Numbered from the whole stretch's first letter, positions 1-13,334 are shown. The stretch: DNA of 63,722 bases, filler included, from Reclinomonas americana ATCC 50394 (GCA_048213135.1; 16 parts of 16 records of this genome joined end to end with filler, not necessarily neighbours in it); one strand, 5' to 3'. Notes: generated by a model from the sequence alone, not told the origin. Translations and numbers: made by a program.

Positions 1-56
<56 letters not shown>

Positions 57-112
57 ACACTGCCCTGTCACAATGCCCACCATGGCCGTGCTGCTGATTT
101 ATTGCCTTGCAG

Positions 113-3100
113 ACCGAGCAGTGCCAGCACATCAGGTGAGGAACTGCCATGTCGCGTTTCGCTGTTTGGTCTTCCGCTGCATCGTCTCACTCTCTTCACA
201 TCGCCTTCCACCACAATGTCCAGCCGGCCGCTCCATTGACCGACAAGGACGAGTTGATCGCTCTGCTCCAGCGAGACCTTGCCGCGGCGCAGCAGGAGCG
301 ACGGGCATACGAACAATCCGTGGCACGACTGCAGCAAGTCAATGCAGAGTCGCAACAACAAGTCATCCAACTGCGCGGCCAGCTTGTCGTCGCGAAGCAG
401 CAAGTGGAACAACAGAATGCCACTGTGGTGCAGCAGCAGCAAGTTAATGCGGAGTGGCAGCAACAAGTCAACCATCTGCGCGGCGAGCTTGTCGTCGCGC
501 AGCAGCAAGTGGAGCGACAGAGTGCCACTGTGGCGCAGCTGCAGCAAGTCAATGTGGAATGCCAGCGCACTGCCGACGAGCAACGGCGGCTGGTGGTTGA
601 GTGGCGGGATCGATCTGTCCAGCTGCAGCAGGCACTCACCGTCGCCAACGAGGAACCGAGGCAGTTGCGAGAAGAATTTGGGGCCTCGCTGGAACGCATG
701 GACGAGCTGCGGCAGGCGGAGCATGATCGAGCAGAGCGTCTTGCCGTCGATTTGCGACTGGTGCACGCGCAGCTCAATGAGCGAGGTGATTTTCAAGGTT
801 GCAGTCTGTGTCATTTTTACCGCAGATGTGTTATTTGACCGTCTCTTCGTCAGTGCCGCTGACGGTGTTTACGTGGGAGCAAGTGCGCGCGATGAGCGAC
901 AACTTTCGACAGCGAATTGGGGGTGGTGGTCAAGCGGAGGTGTACGCTGGTCGGTGGATGGAGGCGGAGGTGGCGGTGAAGGTGTTTGACCTTGCAGCCG
1001 AGTGGTGCATTGACTCGTTTGCCGATGAGGTGGGTGGTGGAGAAGGAGAAGGGGGGAGAAGGGGGGAGAAGGGGGGGAAGGGGGAGGGGAAGGGGAAGGG
1101 GGAGGGGGAGGGGAAGGGGGAGAAGGGGAAGGGAAGAAGGGGAAGGGAAGAAGGGGAAGGGGAAGGAGAAGGGGGAGATGAAACGGAAGAAGATGAAGCA
1201 GGAGGAGGAGGAGGAGGATGAGAAGAAGGAGAAGAAGAAGACGAAGAAGAAGNNNNNNNNNNNNNNNNNNNNNNNNNNNNNNNNNNNNNNNNNNNNTTAA
1301 TTAATTAANNNNNNNNNNNNNNNNNNNNNNNNNNNNNNNNNNNNNNNNNNNNAAGAAGAAAAGGAGGTAGGAGGAGGAAAAGAAGTAGAACAAGAACAAG
1401 GAGAAGAAGAACCAGAAGAAGGAGAAGGAGGAGAGAACAAGGAGAAGAAGAAGAAGAAGAAGAAGAGGAAGACCAAGAAAAGGAGGAGAAGAGGAAGAAG
1501 AAGAAGAAGAAGAGGAAGAAGAAGAGGAAGAGGAAGAGGAAGAAGAAGAACAAGAAGTGGAGGTGGAGGTGGAGAAAAACAAAAGAAGAATAAGAAGAAG
1601 AAGGAGAAGAATAAAAAAGATGTATGGGAAGAAGAAGAAGAAAGAGGAGGAGGAGGAAAAGAAGAGAAGAAGAAGGAAGAGGAAGAAGAAGAACAAGAAC
1701 AAGAAAAAGAAGAAGAAAGAACAAGAAGAACAAGAAGAAGACGAGCAAGAAGACGTAGGAGGCGGAGAAGGAGGATAAGGGGAAGGAGAGGAGGAGAAGA
1801 AGAAGAGCTGAAGGGAAGTGCGTTATTCTCACTTGATTGACGACGCAGTTGGAGAAGCTCCACAAGTTGGCGGTTCCCGGCGTGGTGCGAATGATTGGGT
1901 TCGCGGAGGCCCACCATGGCGAGCGGTGCATTGTGCTGGAGGGAATGAGGTGAGTGAGAACTGGCAGAGAAGAGAGGAGAAGAGAGAAAGTAATGACGAA
2001 TATGAGTGATGAGAGACGTAGCAGAGCCAGATCGCCAGCGCGCTCGAAACAATGTGGGATTCTCATCCTCGTCCTGCGTTCCGCCAGTCCACACAACCTG
2101 GAGCATCGGCTGCTGGAGCATGAGATGCATGGACTGCCGGTGATGTCGATTGAGGATCGCATAAGTTGCATTCTGCGCTGTGCGGAGGTGGTGGACGCCA
2201 TGCACAAGTTGCGTGATTTACGAAGGGAAATCTTGCCTCCTCGCTTGCCACACTGACTGATTGTCTCTCTCCCCCTTTTGTGTGTGCATGTGTTATCACA
2301 GACTGGACAAGGTGCGATTGCTTGCGAAGCATTGTGAATCGTTGTGTATTGATCGCTGCTGATATATTTGTGTGTCCATGCTACCTTGCTTGCATATTGC
2401 TGGTGCATCCGGAGCAGCCCCGTGCGTTTTCCTCGATGATGAACATCAAGCTCTTGCATCGTGTCGCTGATTTCCCATTCTGTGATTCGCACAGTGGTTC
2501 ATCGCGATCTGAAGCCAGCCAACATCCTGTTTGACCGGCACAACCGAGCATTCGTCTCGGACATGGGAGTGGCGCACTGGTTCCCGGTGCACAAGGTGCG
2601 ATGCCTCTTCTCTCTCCACTCCTCCTGCTTTCGTGGTGCCAACAATCTCTTTGTGTGAAGACGCACGACAGCGTTGGCTACGCAGGCGACCCCAAGTACG
2701 CCGACCCAAAGGCGCTGCGCGGTCAACTGCGTCCGAGTGCCGATGTGTACTCCCTCGGTCTGCTTATGCTGCAGCTCTTTTGTGGCAAGCCGATCAACGA
2801 GGTGCACACGATGCTGGAGGAGATGCTGGAGATGGACGATGAGGATGCGGGTGATTTTGCGCTGGAGATTGCGGATAGAAGTGATGGTCGCATGTGGCCT
2901 GATTCGATGTGCGAGCAAATCGTGCGACTGTGTTTGCGGTGCGCGTGTCGATTGAGATCCAACTGCTACTGCTTCGCCAACTCATTGTCTCTGTGTTGTT
3001 GTTGGTTGCAGGTGCGTGGATCAGCGAGATGCACGGCGTCCCACTGCCGCGCAGCTGGTGGTCTGGTTGCGCGATTTGCCGGCACTGTGGGGGCGTCGAT

Positions 3101-3291
3101 CGTGCATGGCGTGCGATAGTTTGCGCACCACGTGCCTGCATCCGTGCTGGCATCAAGTGTTGTGCCGCGGGTGTGCGCAAGAGTTGGTGACGGCGCGTGG
3201 CCAGTGCCCGGTGTGTCGAGTGGTGGTCGAGCGATTTGACGAGGGCGAGGATTTTGGATACTGCGTGTATGAGGGGCCGCCGCCGCAGTGA
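113..3291 (+). CDS. Multi-exon coiled-coil / RLK-Pelle(IRAK)-like protein kinase / C-terminal RING finger protein (5' end probably outside the window; spans a gap inside an intron)
   Basis: Q-rich coiled-coil exon 224-787. Kinase motifs in spliced order: FTWEQVRAMSDNF..IGGGGQAEVY, VAVK, HRDLKPANILFD, SDMG, SADVYSLGLLMLQL, WP..C..RP. RING CMAC..HPCWHQVLCRGC..CPVC at ~3100-3220. GT-AG phases are consistent. Confidence 0.85.
1253..1352. other. Artificial assembly-gap linker N-TTAATTAATTAA-N (representative; others at approx. 6592, 14958, 17569, 22092, 25356, 26825, 29059, 35231, 37588, 41017, 43706, 57634, 59799, 62246)
   Basis: Identical ~100-nt cassette each time, carrying stops in all six frames; usually flanked by low-complexity repeats. 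Confidence 0.97.
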
Positions 3292-3968
3292 AGGGAGGAG
3301 GAGAGGAGGAGGAGGAGGAGGAGGGAGAAGGGAGGAGGGAGGGGGAGGTCATAGGCAAGTCTGTGGGGATGGCGTATCGCAATGACGAGGATCGTGTGTC
3401 CTTGTATTGTAATTCTTGTTTCTGTCTTCCGCCTTCATCTCTTTTTTGTAAATTCGCACGTTCGCTGAGTTTGTCTTGATGCTGCGAGGGTTCTGCGCTC
3501 ACTGTGTGTACAGCTTGCGATATTCAAGCTGCTTGTCGTTGAAGCTGCGCGCCCCACGGAGTTTGTGGATGTCGACGGAGCAGAATCCGTGTGTGGACGA
3601 TGGACACTTGGTGCAGGAGGTGAATTCTCTTCCTGCAATAATTGCAGTTGCTCGATTGGACAGAGGAAGCAGGCCAGTGGCGATCATGCAAGATTTGTGA
3701 AAACGTCGTGTCTGGAGGTTGCCGGATTCGCCAAACCTGTCGCAGCTTGTCAGAAACCGAAATAATTCTTGAATCTCACCCTTCGTTGCAGCCTGCATTG
3801 CTTCCGTGGCTCAGTGGGCACTCTCCTCACAGTGATAGGCTTGCGACGAGGGTCACCACCGCTTGAAGACAACACTTGCCGGATTCCTTCCATGAGACAG
3901 GACTGGCTCTGCCGTATTCACTCATTTTTCTGCCAAGTCGGAGAGGAGAGCGGAACACCGTGTCGCCC

Positions 3969-4125
3969 ATGTCGGCCGGCGAGGTGGCGGAGCTGAAGGC
4001 CCTCATAGACGCCCTCCTTGTGCCTGCATCGCTGCCTCGAGACGAACGCTCGCGAGGGGCGTATGGTCTCAAGTTGGCGATGGCCAAGGTCAACAGCGTG
4101 GCGAGGATGATCGTCAAGGTGCTGT

Positions 4126-4163
<38 letters not shown>

Positions 4164-5152
4164 GTGTGCGTGCATGCGCAAGTGTTGGCGCGTCTAGATC
4201 TGTCAGGTTCACTCCTTGTCATGAATCCTTTTTGGACCATTCCTTCCCCTCTCTCTCCCTTTCTCACTCTCTCGTCTCTCTCGCACACACGCACACGCAC
4301 ATACAGTCTTGCTACTGCGCACAGTCCTTTTTTGTGCATGTGCCCTTTTTGGACTCTCACACGCCTTCTTTTTCTCTCTCTCTCTCTCTGTTGATGTTGT
4401 CGCGTGCAATCATCTGATTACTTGTTGGCGTCTCTGATGTGCTGCACATGCGTCCTCTCTCTGGCATTCGCGACATGTGATCGAGAGAGACCTGCCATTT
4501 GCCACATACAGAGAGAGGGAGGAGAGAGAGAGAGGGAGAGAGAGAGAGCACACTGTTTGAGTCGTCCCTATTGTCGCATGCGTCCTTGTGGTGCTCTCTC
4601 AGCTAATCTTTGTTTCTTTCCTCCTCCATCCCCTCTCCTCTGCAATCCCTCCCCTCCTCAATCCTACTCTATCCTCCTCCTCCTCCTTCTCCTCCTCCTC
4701 CTCCTTCTCCTCCTCCTTCTCCTCTTCTCCCCCCGCCTCGATCCTTCTTCCTCCTCTTCCTTATTAATCCTTTCGTCCTCTCCTTGTTCTTCCACTCTCG
4801 ATCACTTGTCCTTGCCTTTCGAATTCCTTCTCCCCCCGCCCCCCTCTCACTTGTCCCTGCCCGCCGCTGTGCACAGATCCGACAGCTGCGCATTGTGCTC
4901 ACGCGTACGGGGCCGGGGAGCACTTACGCCCAGCTACTGGGTTTCTCTGGCGATGGCCTCAGCGACAGGCGGTACATTCCATCGGAACTCGCTATGCGCT
5001 CTGGCATCTCGCTTCTCGCTCGCGACAGCGACTCCAAGCGTCAGCAACGCGCACGCATTGGTCTGTCTGCCGACTACGATATCGAATCCGAGCCGAGCGA
5101 GGACGCGGTGCGCAGTTTCTTGACCAACTTCCCCCCTGTTGCGATAAGTTAG
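3969..5152 (+). CDS. Hypothetical protein (two exons, 3969-4118 and 4878-5152; upstream exons possible)
   Basis: MSAGEVAELKAL..ARMIVK joins in phase 0 to IRQLRIVLTR..PPVAIS* across a CT-rich GT-AG intron; no recognisable domain. Confidence 0.4.
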
Positions 5153-5222
5153 TGCAGCAGGGGATGAGGGAGGTCATGGGACTGTGCGTTGCGTTCCTTG
5201 CTTCGGCGCCGGTGACGAGCGT

Positions 5223-5690
5223 ATGTCGGCGGGTGGATCAGGGAGTGGCGTGGCGATGGAGGAGGGAGGGCATGAGGATCCGGAGGAGGATGAGGATGAG
5301 GAGGAGAATGATGATGATAATGAGGAGGAGGAGGAGGAGGAGGACGACGAGACTGAGGAGGGTGAGATGGAGGTAGATCACTGGCCGGTATTCAGCAGCA
5401 GCGGCATGCTGCGTGGGGGCAGATACCATTCTCAGTGCTGGGACGGTAATACCCCTTCCCCGTTCCGGAGCCCCAGCCACTTGCCGCACTTGTTCGAGGG
5501 CCCATCTCCTCTCCCACGCAGCTGCTTCGCTTCGCCCTCGAGTGAGCGCGGCGGCTATCGTTCGCCCTTCGATGATGACGACGACGAGATGCTGTCGCCT
5601 GCAATGCTGCTGAAACAGCTTCCCGACCAGATCATGTGGGTCTCGATTGCGTCTAATATTCCGCTGTTTGAGGGTAGCGAGGCGTGGTGA
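5223..5690 (+). CDS. Hypothetical acidic protein or exon
   Basis: Open frame with a D/E tract and an S/P-rich segment; coding-like composition; no recognised homology. Confidence 0.35.
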   Translation: MSAGGSGSGVAMEEGGHEDPEEDEDEEENDDDNEEEEEEEDDETEEGEMEVDHWPVFSSSGMLRGGRYHSQCWDGNTPSPFRSPSHLPHLFEGPSPLPRSCFASPSSERGGYRSPFDDDDDEMLSPAMLLKQLPDQIMWVSIASNIPLFEGSEAW

Positions 5691-5880
5691 TTAGGAAGAT
5701 TGTGAGTGGCAGTGTGTGTGCTACAACCGTGCGGCAATATTAAGCCTCCTTTTGCAAGCTGAATGAATTCTCCATCCAATTTTTTCATGTAGAAACTCAC
5801 AACACACATTCCTCCTCCTTCGACCATCACCCAGCACGGTACGCCGCAAGAGAATCCGCTCACCACGACAAACGTGCCCT

Positions 5881-6913
5881 CTACCGGCGTGGCGGACCGC
5901 CACGGCCACCTCGGAAACCACCGCCTCCGCGACCACCACGGCCGCCACGACCACCACGTGCTCCTCGTCCACGGCCACCGCCTGCAGAGGGAAGAGGAAA
6001 GGGTGTGAGGGAGAGAGGGAGAGGGAGAAATCATTGAGCAGGGCACTGTGAGCGAAGCATTAGAGAGGAGCCTCTCTAGCTTCTTACAACAGAGACGAGA
6101 GAAGAGCACAATGACAGAAGCAAACGATGCAAGAGTGGATGGATGACAGATTTAAGAGAGTAGAATAACATACAAGAGTATGAAATCTCGACAGACGTCA
6201 GAAGAGAATGAAAAATCGAAACAATGTGCTGCGCGTGCAATCGTAAGATCGCAGAAAGATTGCGGGGCAGAATGGAAGAAGCACACACACTGCAGTTCTA
6301 CACCGGAGGCAAGGATGCAGTGAACTGAGAGAGCGAGAAAGAACAAGAGAGTGTTGAGCTTGTGGAAACCAAACACAAGAGGCTGCAGAGGGAAGAGAAA
6401 AGGGTGCCGAGGTCGATCAATATGCAGGATGATAGGATTACACGAACTGAGCACTGAACACCGCGTTCTGGATCGCAAGAGGCTGCACCAGACAAACAGA
6501 AAGAGAGAAAGAGAGAGAGAGAGAAGAGAGAGAGAGAGACGAAGAGCGCGATGCGTGAGAAGAGAACACAACAGGCTTCAGAGAAAGAGGANNNNNNNNN
6601 NNNNNNNNNNNNNNNNNNNNNNNNNNNNNNNNNNNTTAATTAATTAANNNNNNNNNNNNNNNNNNNNNNNNNNNNNNNNNNNNNNNNNNNNCAAAGGGAG
6701 AGTGAGTGCTGAGTGGACATGGCCGACATGACACGCACTTTTTTGTGACACACAGCGAGAGGCGGGAGAGGGAAAGGGAGGGAAAGGCGTGCTCTATTGT
6801 GTGCAACTGTCACGATGTGCGTGATGAGTGGCAAAATGACAATGAGGCCAATTGCACAATGACATGCAAGTGGTGACTGCCGTGTCGTGCATGCTCTCTC
6901 ACTTGCGCGCGCG

Positions 6914-6946
<33 letters not shown>

Positions 6947-8300
6947 TCTCACACAGTGCGCGTATGAGCATGCACGCAACGGGCGCGCTCGTGTGAGTCC
7001 AATTGAAGTGTGCACACAAAAGTGACTCTCACATGCACAAGCATTCTCTCTTGTGCGCGCACACGCTCTCTCTCTCACATACACAAACACACACACATAC
7101 ACACACTCTCACACTGTGCACGCACACAAGGAGCGCGCACACGTGAGCCCAGTTGAACACGAAAGTGACTTTCACGTGCACAAGCGTTCTTGCGCGCGTA
7201 CACGCTCTCTCTCTCACACTCACAAACACACACACATACACACTCACACAGTGAATGCACGCAAGGAGCGCGCACACGTGAGCCCAGTTGAACACGAAAG
7301 TGACTTTCACATACACAAGCGTTCTCACTTGCGCGCGCGTTCACGAATACTCTCCCTCTCTCTCTCACAGACACACGCACACACACACACTCACTCACTC
7401 ACACAGAACACGCACGCAAGGAGTGCGGACGAGTGAGCCCAATTGCACAAAAGTGACTTTCACATACACAAGCATTCTCACTAGCGCGCGCGTACACGAA
7501 TGCTCTCCCTCTCTCTCTCACACAGATACACACACACACACACACACACTCTCACATTATGAACGCACGCAAGGAGCGCGCACACGTGAGCCCAATTGCA
7601 CAAAAGTGACTTCAACGTGCACAAGCCTCACTCACGCACGCGCGCACGCACGCTCTTTCTCTCTCTCTCTCACACACACACTCACTTTCTCACTATGCAC
7701 ACGTATGCGCACACGGGTGCATCGTGGCACGAGTCATTACAACGTCGACCACACACACAAAGACATGCAAATTGCAAGTGCGCGCTCTTCTCACTCACTG
7801 CCTTATATGCGCGCGCGCTCTTTGCCTCTGTGCGTGCGTGCCTGTCTGAGTGAGAGAGAGAAAGAGTGTCTGTGCACAGTGAGACAATCGTCTGAGAGGC
7901 AACATGCAGCAAGACATGCATGCGCGTTGTGCTGTCTCACTGCTGCCACTTGCTTGCTCTCAGGCTCTGTGTGTGTGTCTCTCTGTGCGCAGATGCATGT
8001 GTGTGTGTGTCTTTCTCTCAGTGTGTAAGAGTGTGTGACTCACCAACAATCGTTCCATGCACAGTGGTGCCGTTCTTCAGCTCCAGCGTGACTGTCTCGT
8101 TGGACAGCTTCATCAAAAACCTGTGAGTGCGTGACATGAGTGAGTGAGTGAGCAAGAAGGGAGAGACAGTGAGAGAAAGAAGAAGAGAGACATGTCACAC
8201 TAGACGCTTACTGCAAAACCGTACGCATGCATGTGTCTGTCTATGTGTAGGTGAGTGCGTGTGTGTTCTATGTGAGCGAGACGCACCGCACGAGCTTCAT
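5881..8300 (-). CDS. SNRPD1: Small nuclear ribonucleoprotein Sm D1 (middle exon(s) not found, probably in the gap at ~6592-6691)
   Basis: Exon 1 MKLVR (ATG at 8300), exon 2 [26 protein letters not shown] (8043-8121), last exon [19 protein letters not shown] (5881-5981), matching the SmD1 N-terminus and RG tail. Confidence 0.92.
6880..7700. repeat. Intronic minisatellite, ~120-bp unit with embedded CT/CA tracts
   Basis: Recurrent gcacgcaaggagcgcgcacacgtgagcccarttg..aaagtgactttcaca units within a SmD1 intron. Confidence 0.85.
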
Positions 8301-8392
8301 TGTCGCGTGTTTGTGTCAAGAGTGCGTGTGCAGTGCGTGGACAATGGTGCGTGGGACGGTGGGATTGCATTGATTTCTTCGTGCGTGAGAGA

Positions 8393-10129
8393 ATGGGGTG
8401 GATTTCGCTTGTGTTGACGGTGATTATCACGGCGGCGTCGACGAGGTATACGCTGCGGACGGTGGATCGTGTGAAGGTGTGAGAGGGGAGGAGAAGGGGG
8501 AGGAGGAGAGGGGGGAGAGGGGAGGGGAAGGGGAAGAGAAGGGGAGGAGAGGGGGAGGAGAGGGGAGGAGAAGGAGAGAGAGGGGAAGAGAAAGGGGCGA
8601 CACAGAGAGAGAGGAGGGAGGGAGAGAGAGGAGAGAGAGAGAGAGGAGGAGAGAGAGAAGAGAGAGAGAGAATGACTGAGTCACAGAGTTGGCTCAATAA
8701 TGAAGGAAGCAAGGGAAAGAGAATGAGAAGAGGGAGGGGACACAGAGGGGTTGAGACAACTTGCAGAGACTGAGAGGGATCAAGCAATAAGAAGCAAGAA
8801 AGGCAGACATGCAGTCAGAGAGAGAGAGAGAGAGAGAGAGGATACTGAAGACAGAGAGAGACTGAGACAGCTGCAGTCACCGAGAAGGATCAAGAAGAGA
8901 AGGAAGCAAGGGAGAGACTAACAGTCAGAGAGAGTGGGAGAGTGATTGAGACAGCTGCAGAAACAGTGAAGGAAGCGAAGCAAAACATGCAGTCAGCGAG
9001 AGAGAGAGAGAGGGAGAGGACCAAAGACAAAGAGAAAGACTGAGAAAGCTGCAGCCGCAGAGCAGGATCAGGAAGAGAGACTTGCAGTCCGAGAGAGAGA
9101 GAAAGAGTGGGAGAGTGCTTGAGACAGCTGCAGACAGAGCAGATCAGGAAGTGGAGAGAGCAACGTACAGTCAGCGAGAGAGAGAGAAGAGATTGCACTC
9201 TCTCCAGTTGTGGTTTCATGCTCTGCTTTGCTCTTGACCCTGCGATCGTCGTATTTGCGTCACGTGTTGCCCTTCTCGCTTGTTATCTCTCTCTCTCTCT
9301 CACTCTCAGTGCTCTTCACTGACTGCTCTCACACTGCCTCGATCTCGCTCCCTGCACGCTGGTTGACTTTGTCTGTTTTCCTCTCTCGTACACGCGCTGA
9401 CTTGCTTCTGCACTGTCTCTCCCTCCTCTCCCTCCTCTCTCTCTCTCTCCCTTCTCCCCCTCACCCCTACACCCTCTCCACAGGAAAAATACCTGGCCTC
9501 CCCCCTTACCATCGTTCGCGCTCTGCTTGGGTTCCCCGTTCGCGCTGGTTCGTCTCCACCCCTCTTCCTTCTCCTTTCACCGCTCACACCCCATCACAGC
9601 AATCAAAGACCGCAGCTCCTCGTCGGCCCCTTCGACCACGACGGAGGTGTTGAGTTGCGTGACCACTCTCTGCGCAATGATCTTGCACGTATGTAACGAT
9701 TTGCTCTTTCCAGACGCCGCTTCGAGCCGCTTGCTGAACATGGCCGAGCGAGTCACTCGTCGTTGCGTTCCTCGTCGCTTTTCTCCGTCAATGTGCATGC
9801 ACTCACCGCGAGCAGGCGTGGAGGAGACACTGCAGTCGCGTCCTTCTCCCGTCACCGGTGCTGCCTCTGTCGCACCGCGCGTGGTCATCGAGGAAGTGGA
9901 CGATGATGACGATGTCGAAGAGGAGGTGATTGTGCAACAGCAGTCGCGGAGACAGCAGCCCGCGGCGGCTACAGCACCGAGTGTGAATGTGGGCGCGCTG
10001 TTTGCGCGACTGCGCGACTTTGTCACGGCGGACGACTTGGTGCCGCCAGTGCCGCGCGGATCGCAGCGGCCGACGCCGGCGAGGGGAGTGGTTGATGGGA
10101 GTGCCATTCCGTCGTTGCGAAGGAGGTGA
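8393..10129 (+). CDS. Hypothetical multi-exon protein, divergent from SmD1
   Basis: MGWISLVLTVII..DRVK | EKYLASPLTIVRALLG | NQRPQLLVGPFDHDG | DAASSRLLNMAERV.. | ..VVIEEVDDDDD..SLRRR*; GT-AG phases are consistent for the first exons; start uncertain. Confidence 0.55.
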
Positions 10130-10679
10130 TTGAGAAGGGGGAAGGGGGAAAGGGTGGGGAAGGTAAAGGGCATGTGTACGCGTTATTGGGATGCGGTGCG
10201 TGCGTACATGGGAAGCTGCACTGATTGTGGGAAGAGGTGACTGTACATCGGAATAGGTACATTCGTTAGGGAGAGGAGCGTAATTGGGAAGCTGTGCGTA
10301 GGTTGGGGAGATGCTTATGCATTTGGGATGTGGTGCGTGACTGCACGTATCTGGAAAGCGGTGCAAATACTAAGAAGAGGTGCCTATGTATGTGGGAATG
10401 GCGCGTAACCGGGAAGCGGGGCATGCGTATTTGGGGAGCGGCGCAGATACAAAGAAGAGATGCATTTATTGGGAAGCGGTGCATATTGTGAAGAGATGCT
10501 TGTGCATGTGGGATGTGGGAAACGGAGCGTACACACGAAGAGGTGCAAGTGGCTCTCTCTCGTGTGCACTTGCCAGAGAGAGCCTGTCGACTGATATCTC
10601 CACTGGAGCGGCATCTGTCCCGTTCCTCACCTCCCCAGAAGCGAGTTCATGCAAGCTGTCACTTTGCCATTCGTGGCAC

Positions 10680-13285
10680 TTACATTCTCATAAACACATG
10701 GAGGAACGCAAAGGAGATGTTGCAGGCGATGCCTGTGAGGATGCCCATTTTCATGCGGTGCGACACGCTGCGGTGGAAGATCTGCGACGGGGGAGGTGAG
10801 CGCGACGTAGGAGAAGATAAGGAGAAAGAGGACGCACCCACAGCAGCATGAAAAAGTTGAGCAGAAATCCCAGCACAATGCCAAAGAAGAGGTCCTTTTG
10901 CGAGCCGTACATGGTGCGCGGTGAGGCGCTGCTGGCCATCTGTTGTTCCTCGCGGATGCGCTGGAGGCGTTGGGCCATGGGGTGGGCTGCAGAAAGGGAA
11001 GGGAAAGGGTGAGGGAAGGGGTCAAGGGGAAAGGGAGAGGGGAAGAGGAGCAACCGTGTGAGTAGAGGAGGGACGAGAGGAATAAATAAGGAACAGGAGG
11101 AGACAATATTTGCAGCTGACGAACAGAAAGGATGTCGACAGAGAGAAAATGGAGGAGGGTCAATGATATCCATCTCCAGATAGAGCATCGGATGCTGAGA
11201 GAGGAAGAAGTACGCAACAGGAGGAGACTGTATTCGCAGTTGACGAACAGAGCAAGTAATGGAAGGATGTCAAGAGAAAATGGAGGAGGGTCAATGGTAT
11301 TCATCTCCAGATAGAGCATCGGATGGTGAGAGAGGTAGAAGTAACCAACAGGAGGAGACTGTATTCGCAGTTGACGAACAGAGCAAGTAAAGGAAGGAAG
11401 TCGACAGAGAGAAAATGGAGGAGGGTCAATGACATCCATCTCCAGATGGAGCAGCGGATGATGAGAGAGGAAGTAGTACGCAACAGGAGGAGACTGTATT
11501 CGCAGTTGACGAACAGAGCAAGTAAAGGAAGGATGTCGACTAGGTAGAAGTAACCAACAGGAGGAGACTGTATTCGCAGTTGACGAACAGAGCAAGTAAA
11601 GGAAGGATGTCGACTGAGAGAAAATGGAGGAGGGTCAATGATATCGATCTCCAGATAGAGCATCGGATAATGAGAGAGGAAGAAGTACGCAACAGGAGGA
11701 GACTGTATTCGCAGTTGACGAACAGAGCATGTAAAGGAAGGATGTCGACTAAGGAGGGTCAATGATATCCATCTCCAGATGGAGCATCGAGATACACATG
11801 GATGCAGCAAGAACGATGGTGTGGAAACGATGGCCGTAGGATATTAAGGAGGACCATCCGAAGCGGGACAAAAAACGAGGAACAGGGAGAGAGAGAGGGA
11901 GAGCACGATGCAAGATTATGAGTGTGGAGGATTACAGAAGAGAGACAACAATAAAAATAAAAGCGAGAAGCGTGAGGAACACAGAGAGTGGTGAATAAGT
12001 TAACACAGAGGTGAGCGACGAAGGCAAGGCGACGAGAAGCGTCCGAGTTGAGGAGCAGAGGAGGGATGGCATTGGAATGTTGAATAATGTGACGCAACTG
12101 AGGCGAGATCTTGCGTCACTGTTGGCACCGTTGCTGCCGCCCGACTCGATGTCGGCGTTGGAGAACCATTGTTCCTCGATTTCCAGGAGCCATGGGCTCA
12201 CCTGTGATCAAGGAAGAGATGAGAGAACTGGAGACGAGAGAAAGGAAGGAGTCTGGATCAATGGATCATTGCCAGCTTTCTCTTCATCCTCTCACCCTCC
12301 TCGCCTTTCGCTCTCTCTCTCTCTCTCTCCCTCCCCATTTCCCCTCCTCCTCCCCCACTCACCGGCCCTCCACTATACACCGGCCTCCCATGAAAGCGTA
12401 TCCTCGTCGCCAACACCTCCGCCGGCGTCGATCCATAGTCGAGCAGGCGATCCAGTCCACGCGGCCCCACATTCTCCCTCTGCTGCTGCTGCTGTTGCTG
12501 ACCAGCGGCCGGTGCGGGTGGCGGTGGAGGTGCATCAGACACGGCGCAGTGCAGTGCCTGGCCCTCGCGCACACCCGTTGCCGCGAGTGTGTCGTGATCC
12601 GAGGCGCCACCGCGGAGGATGCGGCCGTTGAGGATCACGCGGAGGTGCTTGGTGGATGGGAGAGAGGCGGCGAGGCGGATCTGTGGGGGAAGGAGAAGGG
12701 AGGAAGAAGGAGAAGGGAGAAGGGGGTGAGGGGAGTGATGGAGAAGGGAGAAGGGAGAAGGGAGTGAGGGAGGAAGAAGAGAGCGAGAGAAGGGGGTGAG
12801 GGAGGAAGAAGGAGAAGGGAGAAGGGGGTGAGGGGGAAGGAGAAGGGACGAGAGAGAAAGGGAGAAGGGAGTGATGGAGAAGGAGAAGGGAGAAGGGGGG
12901 AAGGGGGGAAGGGGGGGAAGAAGGGGGAGACGGAGACAAGAGGAGAGACGACAGAGAGCAGCATGAGGAGTGAAGAGTGAGGAAGAGAGGAAGAAAAGAG
13001 TGAGAGAGAGTGAGAGAGAGAGAATAGAAGAAAGGAGAAGGGGAGACGGAGACATGAGGAGAGACGACGGAGAGCAGCACGAGGAGAGAAGAGTGAGGAA
13101 GAAGAGAGTGAGAGAGGAAGATTGAGAGAAGAAAGGAGAGGACGCGGGAGCAAGGGAAGCATGAGAGGGAGCGAGGAGAAGAGGAAGAAGACATTGAGAG
13201 AGAGAGAGAGAGTGAGAGCAACAAGAGGAGAGAAGGAGGGAGAAGAAGCGGGAGCAAGAGGGAGCGAGGAGAAGAGGAAGAAGAC

Positions 13286-13334
<49 letters not shown>

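Noticed and set aside
1297..1308. Recurrent TTAATTAATTAA palindrome flanked by Ns as a biological repeat or CRISPR-like array
   Set aside because: Identical synthetic six-frame-stop gap linker.
1030..1848. Long K/E/R-rich or F/L/S-rich ORFs over GAA/GA tracts (also 12258-13922 as one 554-aa ORF, 16511-17395, 35742-36378)
   Set aside because: Stop-poor low-complexity intronic sequence; the flanking exons splice across it in frame.
11115..11790. Repeat array as CRISPR
   Set aside because: Whole units repeat with no unique spacers, there are no cas genes, and it lies within a eukaryotic intron.
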